Positions 15,740 to 24,061 of a stretch of 31,877 nt of DNA are shown here, piece after piece. Origin of the DNA: Armatimonadota bacterium (GTDB lineage: Bacteria > Sysuimicrobiota > Sysuimicrobiia > Sysuimicrobiales > Kaftiobacteriaceae); assembly GCA_037440005.1 (NCBI GenBank), contig JBBIUY010000035.1, forward strand, positions 1 to 31,877, written 5' to 3'. The notes under the pieces are model-generated. The model made no database searches and was not told the DNA's origin. It worked only from the letters and a program-made list of their open reading frames with translations. Within the stretch, counting starts at the first letter, position 1, and the number at the start of each line of letters is the position of its first letter. A program made the translations under genes and the position numbers.

Positions 15740-17089
15740 CTAGCCGATGTACACCCGCTCCTCGGGATAGCGGAAGTCGGCCGGCCGCTGACGGCGGGTG
15801 AGGGCGAACGCCACCGTCAGCAGGCCCACGCGGCCGGTGAAGACCGTCACCATCACCAGGATCCGGCCCAGGGGGCTGAGGTGGGGCGTCAGCCCCGTGG
15901 ACAGACCCACGGTGCCGAAGGCGGAGGTGACCTCGAACAGCGCGGGGACGAAGGGCACCCCCTCGGCCAGGGCCAGCAGGGTGCCCATGGTCAGCACGAA
16001 GGCGATCCCCAGCAGGGCGATGGTGACGGCCTTGTACACCACCACCGGCGGCAGCCGCCGGCGGAACAGTTCGGGGTCCGGCCGCCCCCGGAGCATGGAC
16101 AGGATCACCGCCAGCGGGGCCACAAACGTGGTGGTCTTGATCCCGCCGCCGGTGCCGCCCGGGGAGGCGCCGATGAACATCAGGACCGTCAGCAGGATCA
16201 GGGTCGGCTCCCGCAGGCGGCCGATGTCCACCGTGTTGAAACCGGCGGTGCGGGGGGTGACGCTCTGGAAGAATGCCGCCAGCACGCGCCCGCCCCAGGG
16301 CAGCGGTCCCAGGGTGGCGGGGTTGGCGGACTCCAGGGCGAGGATCAGCACGGTGCCGGCGACGATCAGCACCGCGGTGGTGGTGAGGACCACCCGGGCG
16401 TGCAGGGTGTACCGCCGGGGGCGGGGCAGGTCGGCCAGCACCGTGAACCCCAGCCCACCGCTGATGATCAGGGCGGACAGGGTCAGGTTCACCGGCACGT
16501 CGGTGGCGAACGCCGTGAGGCTGCGGAATCCCCCCATCAGGTCGAAGCCCGCGTTGTTGAAGGCCGAGACGCTGTGGAAGACGCTGTAGTACAGGCCGCG
16601 GCCCCACCCAAAGTGCGGCACCCACCGGAGGGCCAGCAGGACGGCGCCGGCGGCCTCGATGGCCAGCGTCGTCTGCACCACCATCCGGGTCAGACGCACG
16701 ACCCCGCCGATGGTGTACAGGTTGTAGGCCTCCTGGAGCACCAGGCGCTCCCGCAGCCCGATGCGCCGGCCCACCGCCATCGCCAGCAGGGTGGCCACGG
16801 TCATGTAGCCCAGGCCGCCCAGCTGGATCAGGGTGAGGATCACCACCTCCCCGAAGGTGGAGTAGTGATCGGCGGTGTCCACCACCACCAAGCCCGTCAC
16901 ACAGGTGGCCGAGGTGGCGGTGAACAGGGCGGTCAAAAAGGGCGTGGGGGTGCCGTCGGCCGAGGCCACGGGCAGGGACAGGGCCACGGCGCCCACCAGG
17001 ATGACCGCCGCGAATCCGGCGACGATGGACTGGGCGGGGGTGAGTTCCAGCCGGGCCCACGCCGGCCGTGCGGGTACCACGCGGGCCAT
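15740..17089 (-). CDS. ktrB: KtrB/TrkH family potassium uptake membrane protein
   Basis: Four selectivity-filter motifs CVTGL, NNAGF, RTAGF and GTVGL, plus GASPGGTGGGIKTTT. Confidence 0.93.
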   Translation of the reverse strand: MARVVPARPAWARLELTPAQSIVAGFAAVILVGAVALSLPVASADGTPTPFLTALFTATSATCVTGLVVVDTADHYSTFGEVVILTLIQLGGLGYMTVATLLAMAVGRRIGLRERLVLQEAYNLYTIGGVVRLTRMVVQTTLAIEAAGAVLLALRWVPHFGWGRGLYYSVFHSVSAFNNAGFDLMGGFRSLTAFATDVPVNLTLSALIISGGLGFTVLADLPRPRRYTLHARVVLTTTAVLIVAGTVLILALESANPATLGPLPWGGRVLAAFFQSVTPRTAGFNTVDIGRLREPTLILLTVLMFIGASPGGTGGGIKTTTFVAPLAVILSMLRGRPDPELFRRRLPPVVVYKAVTIALLGIAFVLTMGTLLALAEGVPFVPALFEVTSAFGTVGLSTGLTPHLSPLGRILVMVTVFTGRVGLLTVAFALTRRQRPADFRYPEERVYIG

Positions 17090-17123
17090 CGCCGTCCGCC
17101 TCCCCCGGCCGGCGCCGGAGGGG

Positions 17124-17483
17124 TTAGGACTTCAGCCCCTCTTTGGCCCGGGCCACCAGGTCGGCAAATGCGGCCCGGTCGGTGACCGCCAGATCGGCCA
17201 GCAGCTTGCGGTTGACGGCGATCCCGGACCGCCGCAGCCCGCGGATCAGCCGGCTGTAGGTCACGCCGTTGGCGCGGGCGGCGGCGTTGATGCGGGCGAT
17301 CCACAGGCGGCGGAAGTCCCGCTTGCGCTTGCGGCGGTCCCGATAGGCCGCCGCCAGCGCGCGCAGGACGTACTGGTTGGCCAGCTTGAACCAGCGGCTC
17401 TTGGCGCCGTAGTAGCCCCGGGCCAGTTTGAGGATCTTCTTGTGGCGGCGGCGCGCCACCACGCCGCGCTTCACCCGCGCCAT
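17124..17483 (-). CDS. rplT: 50S ribosomal protein L20
   Basis: MARVKRG...[22 protein letters not shown]. Confidence 0.98.
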   Translation of the reverse strand: MARVKRGVVARRRHKKILKLARGYYGAKSRWFKLANQYVLRALAAAYRDRRKRKRDFRRLWIARINAAARANGVTYSRLIRGLRRSGIAVNRKLLADLAVTDRAAFADLVARAKEGLKS

Positions 17484-17521
17484 CGTCGCTCACCTCGGAC
17501 CGTCACGATCCGGTGCTCCCT

Positions 17522-17719
17522 TTAGCGGTAGGGCAGCAGCCCCCCGACGGTCCGCCGGTCGTGGGGGTGCACCGGCACCCGGCGGCGCAGAGACCGCAGC
17601 CGCTTGGGCGACTTGCCGACCTTCAGGTGCCCGGCCATCTGGCGCCGCCGCAGCAGCTTCCCCCCGGCGGTCACCTGGATGCGCTTGGCCGTCCCCTGGT
17701 GGGTGCGGGCTTTGCCCAT
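17522..17719 (-). CDS. rpmI: 50S ribosomal protein L35
   Basis: MGKARTHQGTAKRIQVTAGGKL; 65 aa between infC and rplT; GGAGG RBS. Confidence 0.95.
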   Translation of the reverse strand: MGKARTHQGTAKRIQVTAGGKLLRRRQMAGHLKVGKSPKRLRSLRRRVPVHPHDRRTVGGLLPYR

Positions 17720-17729
17720 GGGGTCCCTC

Positions 17730-18236
17730 CTAGCCCTTGCGGGGCGTCAGGATCATGATCATGTTGCGGCCCTCCAGCACCGGCGGCCGCTCGATGGTGC
17801 CCACGTCCGCGACGGCTTCGGCCAGCCGCAGCAGCAGCTGCTCCCCGGCCTTGGGGTAAGCCATCTCCCGCCCGCGGAACCAGACCGAGGCGCGCACCTT
17901 GTTGCCCGCCCGCAGGAACTCGTGCACGTGGCGCACCTTCACCTGGAAGTCGTGTTCGCCGATCTTGGGGCTCAAGCGCATCCCCTTGATCTCCCCCGCC
18001 CGGCGGTGGCCGCCCCGGCTGCGCTTCTGCTGCTCGTACTTGTACTTGCCGTAGTCGATGATCCGGCACACCGGCGGGACCGACGTGGGGGCGACCTCCA
18101 CCAGGTCCAGCTCGGCCTCCCGGGCGCGGGCCAGCGCCTCCTGGATGCTCATGATGCCCAGCTGCTCCCCGTTGGGTCCGATGACCCGGACCTCCCGGGC
18201 CCGGATCCGTTCGTTAACGCGCGGCTCGCGCTCGAT
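17730..18236 (-). CDS. infC: Translation initiation factor IF-3 with non-canonical ATC start
   Basis: The conserved N-terminus (RVNERIRAREVRVIGPNGEQLG) extends 28 codons upstream of the ORF-track ATG to ATC at 18236. An in-frame TAG lies two codons further up, and GGGAGG is 9 nt before the ATC. Confidence 0.95.
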   Translation of the reverse strand: MEREPRVNERIRAREVRVIGPNGEQLGIMSIQEALARAREAELDLVEVAPTSVPPVCRIIDYGKYKYEQQKRSRGGHRRAGEIKGMRLSPKIGEHDFQVKVRHVHEFLRAGNKVRASVWFRGREMAYPKAGEQLLLRLAEAVADVGTIERPPVLEGRNMIMILTPRKG

Positions 18237-18280
18237 GCTCTACGGCCTCCCGTCTCCACCCGCCCGGATGCGGCCCCGCA

Positions 18281-18388
18281 ACAAAAACGGGAATGGCCGC
18301 CGCCATCCCCGCGTCGTCACGTCGTCGGTCCGTCGGTCCTGACCGGCACGATCGCCATCGGCCGGTGAGAAGCGGATGGCTTCTACTT
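18281..18388 (-). ncRNA. L20 leader (ribosomal protein autoregulatory attenuator)
   Basis: AAGTAGAAGCCATCCGCTTCTCACC conserved 5' element, followed by terminator GCGGGGATGGC-GGCG-GCCATTCCCGT-TTTTGT, upstream of infC-rpmI-rplT. Confidence 0.85.
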
Positions 18389-18405
18389 GGGGCCACGACG
18401 GCGGC

Positions 18406-18434
18406 AGTATAACACAGCCCCCTGGCACCGTCAA
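18406..18434 (-). promoter_or_regulatory. SigA promoter of the infC operon
   Basis: TTGACG (18434-18429), N17, TATACT (18411-18406), with extended TG. Confidence 0.85.
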
Positions 18435-18442
18435 CGCGGCGG

Positions 18443-19477
18443 TCAGCGCGCCGGCGCGGACGCCGCCCGGACCGCGGCCTCCACCGCCCGGTCCACGTCG
18501 GCGGGACGGATGTGGCGGTGGGTCACGCACCGCACCACCTGCGGGCCCATGGGCAGGGCCAGCACCCCCTCCCGCCGCCACCGGGCGCAGAAGTCGGCGG
18601 CGGTGTCCGGAGGACGCACGGTGACCAGCACGATGTTGGTGCGCACCCGCTTCTGGTCCACCTCCAGACCCTGCACCCGGGCCAGCCCCTCGGCCAGGCG
18701 GCGGGCGGTGGCGTGGTCGTCGGCCAGCCGGTCCACCATGGTCCGCAGGGCCACCACCCCCGCGGCGGCGATGACGCCGGCCTGGCGCATCCCGCCCCCC
18801 ACCATCTTCCGGTAGCGCCGGGCCTGGTCGATGAACGCGCGTCCGCCGACCAGCACCGAGCCCACCGGCGCCGACAGGCCCTTGCTCACGCAGAACATCA
18901 CCGAGTCGGCGTGGGTCACCAGCGCCCGGGCCGGGACCCCCAGGGCGACGGCGGCGTTGAAGATCCGGGCCCCGTCCACGTGGACCCGCAGCCCGGCCTC
19001 GCGGGCCGCCAGGCACGTGGCGTCCATCTCCTGGGGGGAGAAGGGGATGCCGCCGGCGCGGTTGTGGGTGTTTTCCAAGCACAGCAGCCGGGGGACCGGG
19101 TAGTGGATGTTGGGCGGGCGGACGGCCTCTCGGACCTGCTCGGGGCTGAGGTAGCCCAGCCGGCCGGGAAGGGGCCGGGGGATGACGCCGGCCACCGCCG
19201 ACATGGACCCGACCTCGTAGTAGTAGGTGTGGGCCTCGGCCTCCACCAGGACCTCGTCCCCCCGCTGGGTGTGGGTGAGGATGGCCACCAGGTTGGCCAT
19301 GGTCCCGCTGGGGACGAACAGGCCGGCCTCCTTGCCCAGCATCTCGGCGGCCAGCTCCTCCAGCTCTCGGACGGTGGGGTCCTCGCCGAAGACGTCGTCG
19401 CCCACGGCGGCGCGGGCCATGGCCTCCCGCATCTCGGGGGTGGGCTGGGTGACGGTGTCGCTGCGCAGGTCGATCAT
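18443..19477 (-). CDS. ltaE: Low-specificity L-threonine aldolase
   Basis: [32 protein letters not shown] and CVSKGL (PLP lysine). Confidence 0.95.
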   Translation of the reverse strand: MIDLRSDTVTQPTPEMREAMARAAVGDDVFGEDPTVRELEELAAEMLGKEAGLFVPSGTMANLVAILTHTQRGDEVLVEAEAHTYYYEVGSMSAVAGVIPRPLPGRLGYLSPEQVREAVRPPNIHYPVPRLLCLENTHNRAGGIPFSPQEMDATCLAAREAGLRVHVDGARIFNAAVALGVPARALVTHADSVMFCVSKGLSAPVGSVLVGGRAFIDQARRYRKMVGGGMRQAGVIAAAGVVALRTMVDRLADDHATARRLAEGLARVQGLEVDQKRVRTNIVLVTVRPPDTAADFCARWRREGVLALPMGPQVVRCVTHRHIRPADVDRAVEAAVRAASAPAR

Positions 19478-19523
19478 CGGCCGTCGGGGAACTGGACGGC
19501 GGAGGGCGGGACCGGGCGGGGCG

Positions 19524-19826
19524 TCACTCGACGGGCAGGCGGGCCGCCTGGTACAGGGCGATGCCCTTGTTGGCGACGGCGGAGGCCACCGCCCCCATGA
19601 TCACCAGCAGCGCCCCTTTGACCACCAGGACCACCGGAGACGCCAGCAGCCGGGAGACCGTCAGGCCGTCGCCGGCGGCCACCAGGTCCCGGTAGGCCAG
19701 GCCGAAGACCGCCAGCAGCAGGACCACCCCCAGGCCGAAGACCGCCAGCCCCAACCCCTTGCCGGCCGCGTCCGCAGACGCCGCCGGACGCGGAGAGACC
19801 ATCGACTGCACCACCTGCTGCGCCAT
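19524..19826 (-). CDS. Small two-helix membrane protein of unknown function, 100 aa
   Basis: Two hydrophobic segments; ATG 4 nt after the MTAP stop; high GC at third positions. Confidence 0.75.
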   Translation of the reverse strand: MAQQVVQSMVSPRPAASADAAGKGLGLAVFGLGVVLLLAVFGLAYRDLVAAGDGLTVSRLLASPVVLVVKGALLVIMGAVASAVANKGIALYQAARLPVE

Positions 19827-19830
19827 CGGC

Positions 19831-20631
19831 TCACCCCACCCGGGCGTGCGCGAGGGCCGTCGCGCAGGGACACGTCCGCTCCGCCGGAATGGCGGCCACC
19901 ATGCGCAGGACCAGCTCCCGCAATCGCGCCGTGTTTTCCCGGAACTTCTCCAACACCTCCCGGGCCGTCACCGGCCGGGCCGCGGGGTCCCCTTCCACGC
20001 CCACGTCGTAGTCGGTGATCAGCGCGAGGGTCACGTAGCACATCTCCTGCTCCCGGGCCAGGGCGCACTCGGGGTACTGGGTCATGTTGATCACCTCCCA
20101 CCCCTGGGCCCGGAACCAGCGGCTTTCGGACCGGGTGGAAAAGCGCGGTCCCTGGATCACCACCACCGTCCCGCCGTCGTGCACCCGCCACTCCATCTCA
20201 CGGGCGGTCCGCACCGCCACCGCCCGCAGGGTGGGACAGTACGGGTCGGCCATGCTCACGTGGGTGACCACCGGCCCGTCGTAGAAGGTGTCCTTGCGCC
20301 CGGAGGTCCGGTCCACATACTGGTCGCAGATCACCAGGTCCCCCGGGTGGATGTGGGGCTGCAGGCTGCCGGCCGCGCAGGGCCCCAGCACCCGGGTGCA
20401 CCCCAGGGTCTTGAGAGCGTAGATGTTGGCCCGGTAGTTGATGGCGTGGGGCGGCAGCGTGTGGTGGCGTCCGTGCCGGGGCAGGAACGCCACCCGCCGG
20501 CCGGCCACCTCGCCCACGGTGACCACGTCGCTGGGAGGGCCGTAGGGCGTCTCCACCCGCACCTCCCGGGCGTCCTCCAGCAGCGCATAAAACCCTGACC
20601 CTCCGATGACGCCGATCTCCGCCTCGGCCAT
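19831..20631 (-). CDS. mtnP: S-methyl-5'-thioadenosine phosphorylase
   Basis: [39 protein letters not shown] and TDYD. Confidence 0.93.
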   Translation of the reverse strand: MAEAEIGVIGGSGFYALLEDAREVRVETPYGPPSDVVTVGEVAGRRVAFLPRHGRHHTLPPHAINYRANIYALKTLGCTRVLGPCAAGSLQPHIHPGDLVICDQYVDRTSGRKDTFYDGPVVTHVSMADPYCPTLRAVAVRTAREMEWRVHDGGTVVVIQGPRFSTRSESRWFRAQGWEVINMTQYPECALAREQEMCYVTLALITDYDVGVEGDPAARPVTAREVLEKFRENTARLRELVLRMVAAIPAERTCPCATALAHARVG

Positions 20632-20716
20632 GCGCGACCTCGCCCGCCTGGGTTGTGATGGGGCGAACGGTTAGAAAATTCGCCGCCCGACCGCGCGGTC
20701 CCTTGCGGGCACGACG

Positions 20717-21490
20717 TCAGGCCGGGCCGAGCACCGCGTCGGCCAGGGCGGGCAGGACGGCGGCCGCCCGGCCCCGCAGCACTACCCGGGCCAGAGGGTC
20801 CAGGGGCGTGGGCTCGTCGTTGACGATGATCAGGGGCGCCCCGTGCCGGAGGGCGATCTCGGGCAGCCAGGCGGCCGGGGTCACCTGCAGGGAGGACCCG
20901 ACCACCAGCAGGGCGTCGGCCTGCGCCAAGGCCTCCTGGGCTTCCCGGTAAGCCTGCTCGGGCAGCAGCTCTTCGAACAGGACCACGCGGGGCTTGACGG
21001 GCGACCCGCAGCGGGGGCAGGCGGGCAGCTCGCCGCGCTGGAGGGCCGCCGTGACCACGGCGATGGGCCCCACCCAGCCGCAGTCGGGGCAGGACGACTC
21101 CCGCAGGTTGCCGTGGAGCTCGATGACCCGCCGGCTGCCGGCGGCCTGGTGCAGGCCGTCCACGTTCTGGGTGATGACCGCCGCCAGGTGTCCGGCCTCC
21201 TCCAGGCGGGCGAGGGCCCGGTGGCCCGCGTGGGGTCGGGCGTCGGCCAGCAGGGCCAGCCGCCGGCGGTAGAAGTCGTAAAACCGCTGGGGCGTCCGGC
21301 GGAAGGCCGACAGGGTCGCCACCTCCCGGGGGTCGAACTCGGCCCACAGGCCGGTCGGGGAGCGAAAGTCGGGCAGGCCCGACTCGGTGCTCATCCCCGC
21401 GCCGGTGAACACCACCGCCCGCCGGCTGGCGGCCACGATGGCGACGGCCCGGGCAATCGGTTCCTCGCCGGCTGCCCTCTCAGCCGTCAT
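20717..21490 (-). CDS. cobB: NAD-dependent protein deacylase (sirtuin, Sir2 family)
   Basis: TGAGMSTESGLPDFRS, TQNVDGLH, ELHG, two CxxC pairs and GSSL. The start overlaps the upstream stop by 11 nt. Confidence 0.93.
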   Translation of the reverse strand: MTAERAAGEEPIARAVAIVAASRRAVVFTGAGMSTESGLPDFRSPTGLWAEFDPREVATLSAFRRTPQRFYDFYRRRLALLADARPHAGHRALARLEEAGHLAAVITQNVDGLHQAAGSRRVIELHGNLRESSCPDCGWVGPIAVVTAALQRGELPACPRCGSPVKPRVVLFEELLPEQAYREAQEALAQADALLVVGSSLQVTPAAWLPEIALRHGAPLIIVNDEPTPLDPLARVVLRGRAAAVLPALADAVLGPA

Positions 21491-22790
21491 CCACGCCCAC
21501 CAGCGTCCCGTCGTCGGCGAACGCCAGAGGGGCCGGCTCGCCGACGTCCACGTCGGGGCGGCCCCGCAGTTCCGGCAGCACCGCCGCAGACAGCCACAGG
21601 GTCTGCAGGTGGGCCGTGGACCGGATCCGCGCCACCCGCGCCCGGGCGGGGTCGGTGGCCAGGCTGGCCAGAGCGGCGGCGACGGCGTCCCGGTCGGTGG
21701 GCATGACCACCGGCACGAAGGCGCGCTCCAGGTAGGTGCTGGTCAGCGCGTTGGCGTAGGTGGCCACCGGGTCCAGGGCCTCCACCAGCCGGCGGGTCAC
21801 CACGTCCGCCAGGCCCACGCCCTGGGCGTTGCCCTCGGAGGCGCGGGACAGCCGCAGGCAGACGATGCGGCGGATGCGGGGAGAGGGGGGCTCCGGCACC
21901 CCCGCCAGCCGCCACCGGCCGATGACGTTGACGTCCATGCCCGTGCCGCTGATGTCCTTGCCCATCCGGTCGACGATGAGCACGTCCAGGTCGTCCACCG
22001 GCAGCCGGGGCATCAGCTCCCGGGCCTGCACAAACAGCTCCCGCTCCCGCCGGGGGATCCGGTCGGCGGGCACCGCCTCCAGCAGCGCCACCTCGTCGTA
22101 GGCGTTTTCCACCACGGCCAGGCCGCCCAGCACCCGCAGGCGGGACAGCACCACCGCCGCCAGGGACTCGATGGCGGCGGCCATCCGGTCGGGGCCCTGC
22201 CGGTGGATCTGGGCGGCGCCCGGCGCCTTGCCCAGGCCCACCGCCAGCATCTTCATCAGGCCGCTGCCGAACGGTCCGGCAAACGCCGTGTGGGGTTTGA
22301 TCCGGTTGACCACCAGGAGGGCGTCGCAGCGGGCGGCGACGGCGTCGCAGTAGGCCACCAGCCCCTCGGGCGTGCGGCCCACCTCCACCACCGCCATCTC
22401 GCAGGAGAGCGGGGCGCCCACCGACGCCTCGGTGACGCCCAGGTGGCCCAGCAGCGCCCGCTGCCCCTGGGCGGTGGCGCCACCGTGGCTGCCCATGGCG
22501 GCCACCACCACCGGCTCGGCCCCGCGGTCGCGCAGCCAGCCCACCGCGGCCCGGAGGATGTCGGGGATGCGGGCGATGCCGCGGCTGCCGGCGGTAACGG
22601 CGACCCGCCGGCCCCGGAGGTCGCCGGCAGGCAGCCGGTCCAGCTCCTCCCGGACGGCGCGCGGGACGTCCTCGACCCGCGGACGGGGAAACCGCACCCG
22701 CACCGGCGCCAGGGGCGGGAAGACCTCCACGGGCACCGGCAGCGGAAACGGCGCGGGCGCCGCCAGGACGGGCCGCTCCCTGGCGCTCAT
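21480..22790 (-). CDS. Lactate-racemase-domain (LarA-like, DUF2088) protein
   Basis: AVTAGSRGI, AMGSHGGAT, NRIKPHT, SGLMKMLAVGLGK and GKDISGTGMD motifs. ATG at 22790 chosen as start; the ORF-track extension overlaps the ADH gene. Confidence 0.8.
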   Translation of the reverse strand: MSARERPVLAAPAPFPLPVPVEVFPPLAPVRVRFPRPRVEDVPRAVREELDRLPAGDLRGRRVAVTAGSRGIARIPDILRAAVGWLRDRGAEPVVVAAMGSHGGATAQGQRALLGHLGVTEASVGAPLSCEMAVVEVGRTPEGLVAYCDAVAARCDALLVVNRIKPHTAFAGPFGSGLMKMLAVGLGKAPGAAQIHRQGPDRMAAAIESLAAVVLSRLRVLGGLAVVENAYDEVALLEAVPADRIPRRERELFVQARELMPRLPVDDLDVLIVDRMGKDISGTGMDVNVIGRWRLAGVPEPPSPRIRRIVCLRLSRASEGNAQGVGLADVVTRRLVEALDPVATYANALTSTYLERAFVPVVMPTDRDAVAAALASLATDPARARVARIRSTAHLQTLWLSAAVLPELRGRPDVDVGEPAPLAFADDGTLVGVDDG

Positions 22791-22843
22791 CGGCACCGCC
22801 CGGATCCTGCCCGTCCCCGCGACGGCGCCACCGCGCGCCTCCG

Positions 22844-24001
22844 TCAGTAGGCCGCCTCGTACAGCGCCACGATGTCCTGGTAGGTGGTCACCCGCGGGTT
22901 GACCAGGACGTTGCCGCTCTTCATGGCGTCTTCGGCCATGCGGGGGATCCCCTCCCGGGCCACCCCCACGTCCCGCAGCCGCTCGGGGATCCCCACGTCC
23001 CGGGCCAGCCGGCGCACCGCCTCCACCGCGGCCTCGGCGGCCTGCCGGGGCCCCAGACCCTCCACCCGCTCGCCCAGCGCCTGGGCGACCTGGGGATAGG
23101 TGTCGTAGCATGCCAGCATGTTCCACGCCATCACGTAGGGCAGGAGGATGGCGTTGGCCACCCCGTGGGGCACGTCGTAGTGGGCCCCCAGCGGGTGGGA
23201 CATGGCGTGCACGTTGCCCAGCCGGGTGCGGGTGAAGGCCAGGGCCGCCATGGTGGACGCCAGCAGCATGGTGGTGCGCGCCTGCAGGTTGGAGCCGTTG
23301 GCGTAGGCCGCGCGCAGGGCCCGCCCGATGAGGCGCATCGCCTCCAGGGCCAGCGTCTTGGCGATGGGGTTGTAGGCGGTGTTGATGTAGCACTCCACGG
23401 CGTGGGTGAGGGCGTCCATGCCGGTGGCGGCCGTGAGGGAGGGCGGCATGGTCAGGGTCAGTTCGGGGTCGCCCAAGGCCACGGGCGGGACCAGGTGCGG
23501 GCTGCCCACGGTCATCTTGATGCGGCGCTGGCGGTCGGTGATGACGGCAAAGGTGGTGACCTCGCTGCCCGTGCCGGCGGTGGTGGGGACGGCCACCACC
23601 GGCGCGGTGGGCCCGGGCACCTTGCCGATGCCCTCGTAGTCGTGCACCGCGCCCCCGTGGGCCGCCAGGACCGCCACCATCTTGCCCACGTCCATGGCGC
23701 TGCCGCCGCCCACCGCCACCACGAATGCCGCCCGGGCGCGGCGGAAGACGTCGGCGGCCGCGTGGACCGTCTCCACGCTGGGGTTGGCCTCCACCTGGGC
23801 GAAGACCTCGGCGGCAACGCCCGCGTCCTTCAGCAGCGACAGGACCCGGTCGAGGATGCCCGCCTGGGCGATGCCCGGATCGGACACCACCAGGGCCCGG
23901 GCACCCATCCCGGCCACCGCCTCCGGCAGCCGTCCGACCGCTCCCGGCCCGAAGGTGAGCCGGGTGGGCGCCTCAAAAGCGAAGATCGGGGATGTGATCA
24001 C
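22844..24001 (-). CDS. Iron-containing (type III) alcohol dehydrogenase
   Basis: GGGSAMD, PTTAGTGSE, GMDALTHAVE and HAMSH...HG metal ligands; 385 aa. Confidence 0.94.
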   Translation of the reverse strand: MITSPIFAFEAPTRLTFGPGAVGRLPEAVAGMGARALVVSDPGIAQAGILDRVLSLLKDAGVAAEVFAQVEANPSVETVHAAADVFRRARAAFVVAVGGGSAMDVGKMVAVLAAHGGAVHDYEGIGKVPGPTAPVVAVPTTAGTGSEVTTFAVITDRQRRIKMTVGSPHLVPPVALGDPELTLTMPPSLTAATGMDALTHAVECYINTAYNPIAKTLALEAMRLIGRALRAAYANGSNLQARTTMLLASTMAALAFTRTRLGNVHAMSHPLGAHYDVPHGVANAILLPYVMAWNMLACYDTYPQVAQALGERVEGLGPRQAAEAAVEAVRRLARDVGIPERLRDVGVAREGIPRMAEDAMKSGNVLVNPRVTTYQDIVALYEAAY

Positions 24002-24061
24002 GGTCGACGCCCCCTTCGCAGACGCGTGGACACCCCGGAGGGTCTCCCACGTGTCCCGGTT

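Noticed and set aside
20717..21490. Sir2 as an anti-phage NADase (Thoeris, DSR or Sir2-HerA type)
   Set aside because: It is a canonical Zn-binding CobB-type deacylase of 257 aa in a metabolic context with no defence partners.
21480..23393. 637-aa fusion form of the LarA-like ORF, and the extended N-termini given for moxR, the VWA gene and the metalloenzyme
   Set aside because: The extensions overlap upstream genes in another frame; RBS or stop/start overlaps support the shorter starts.
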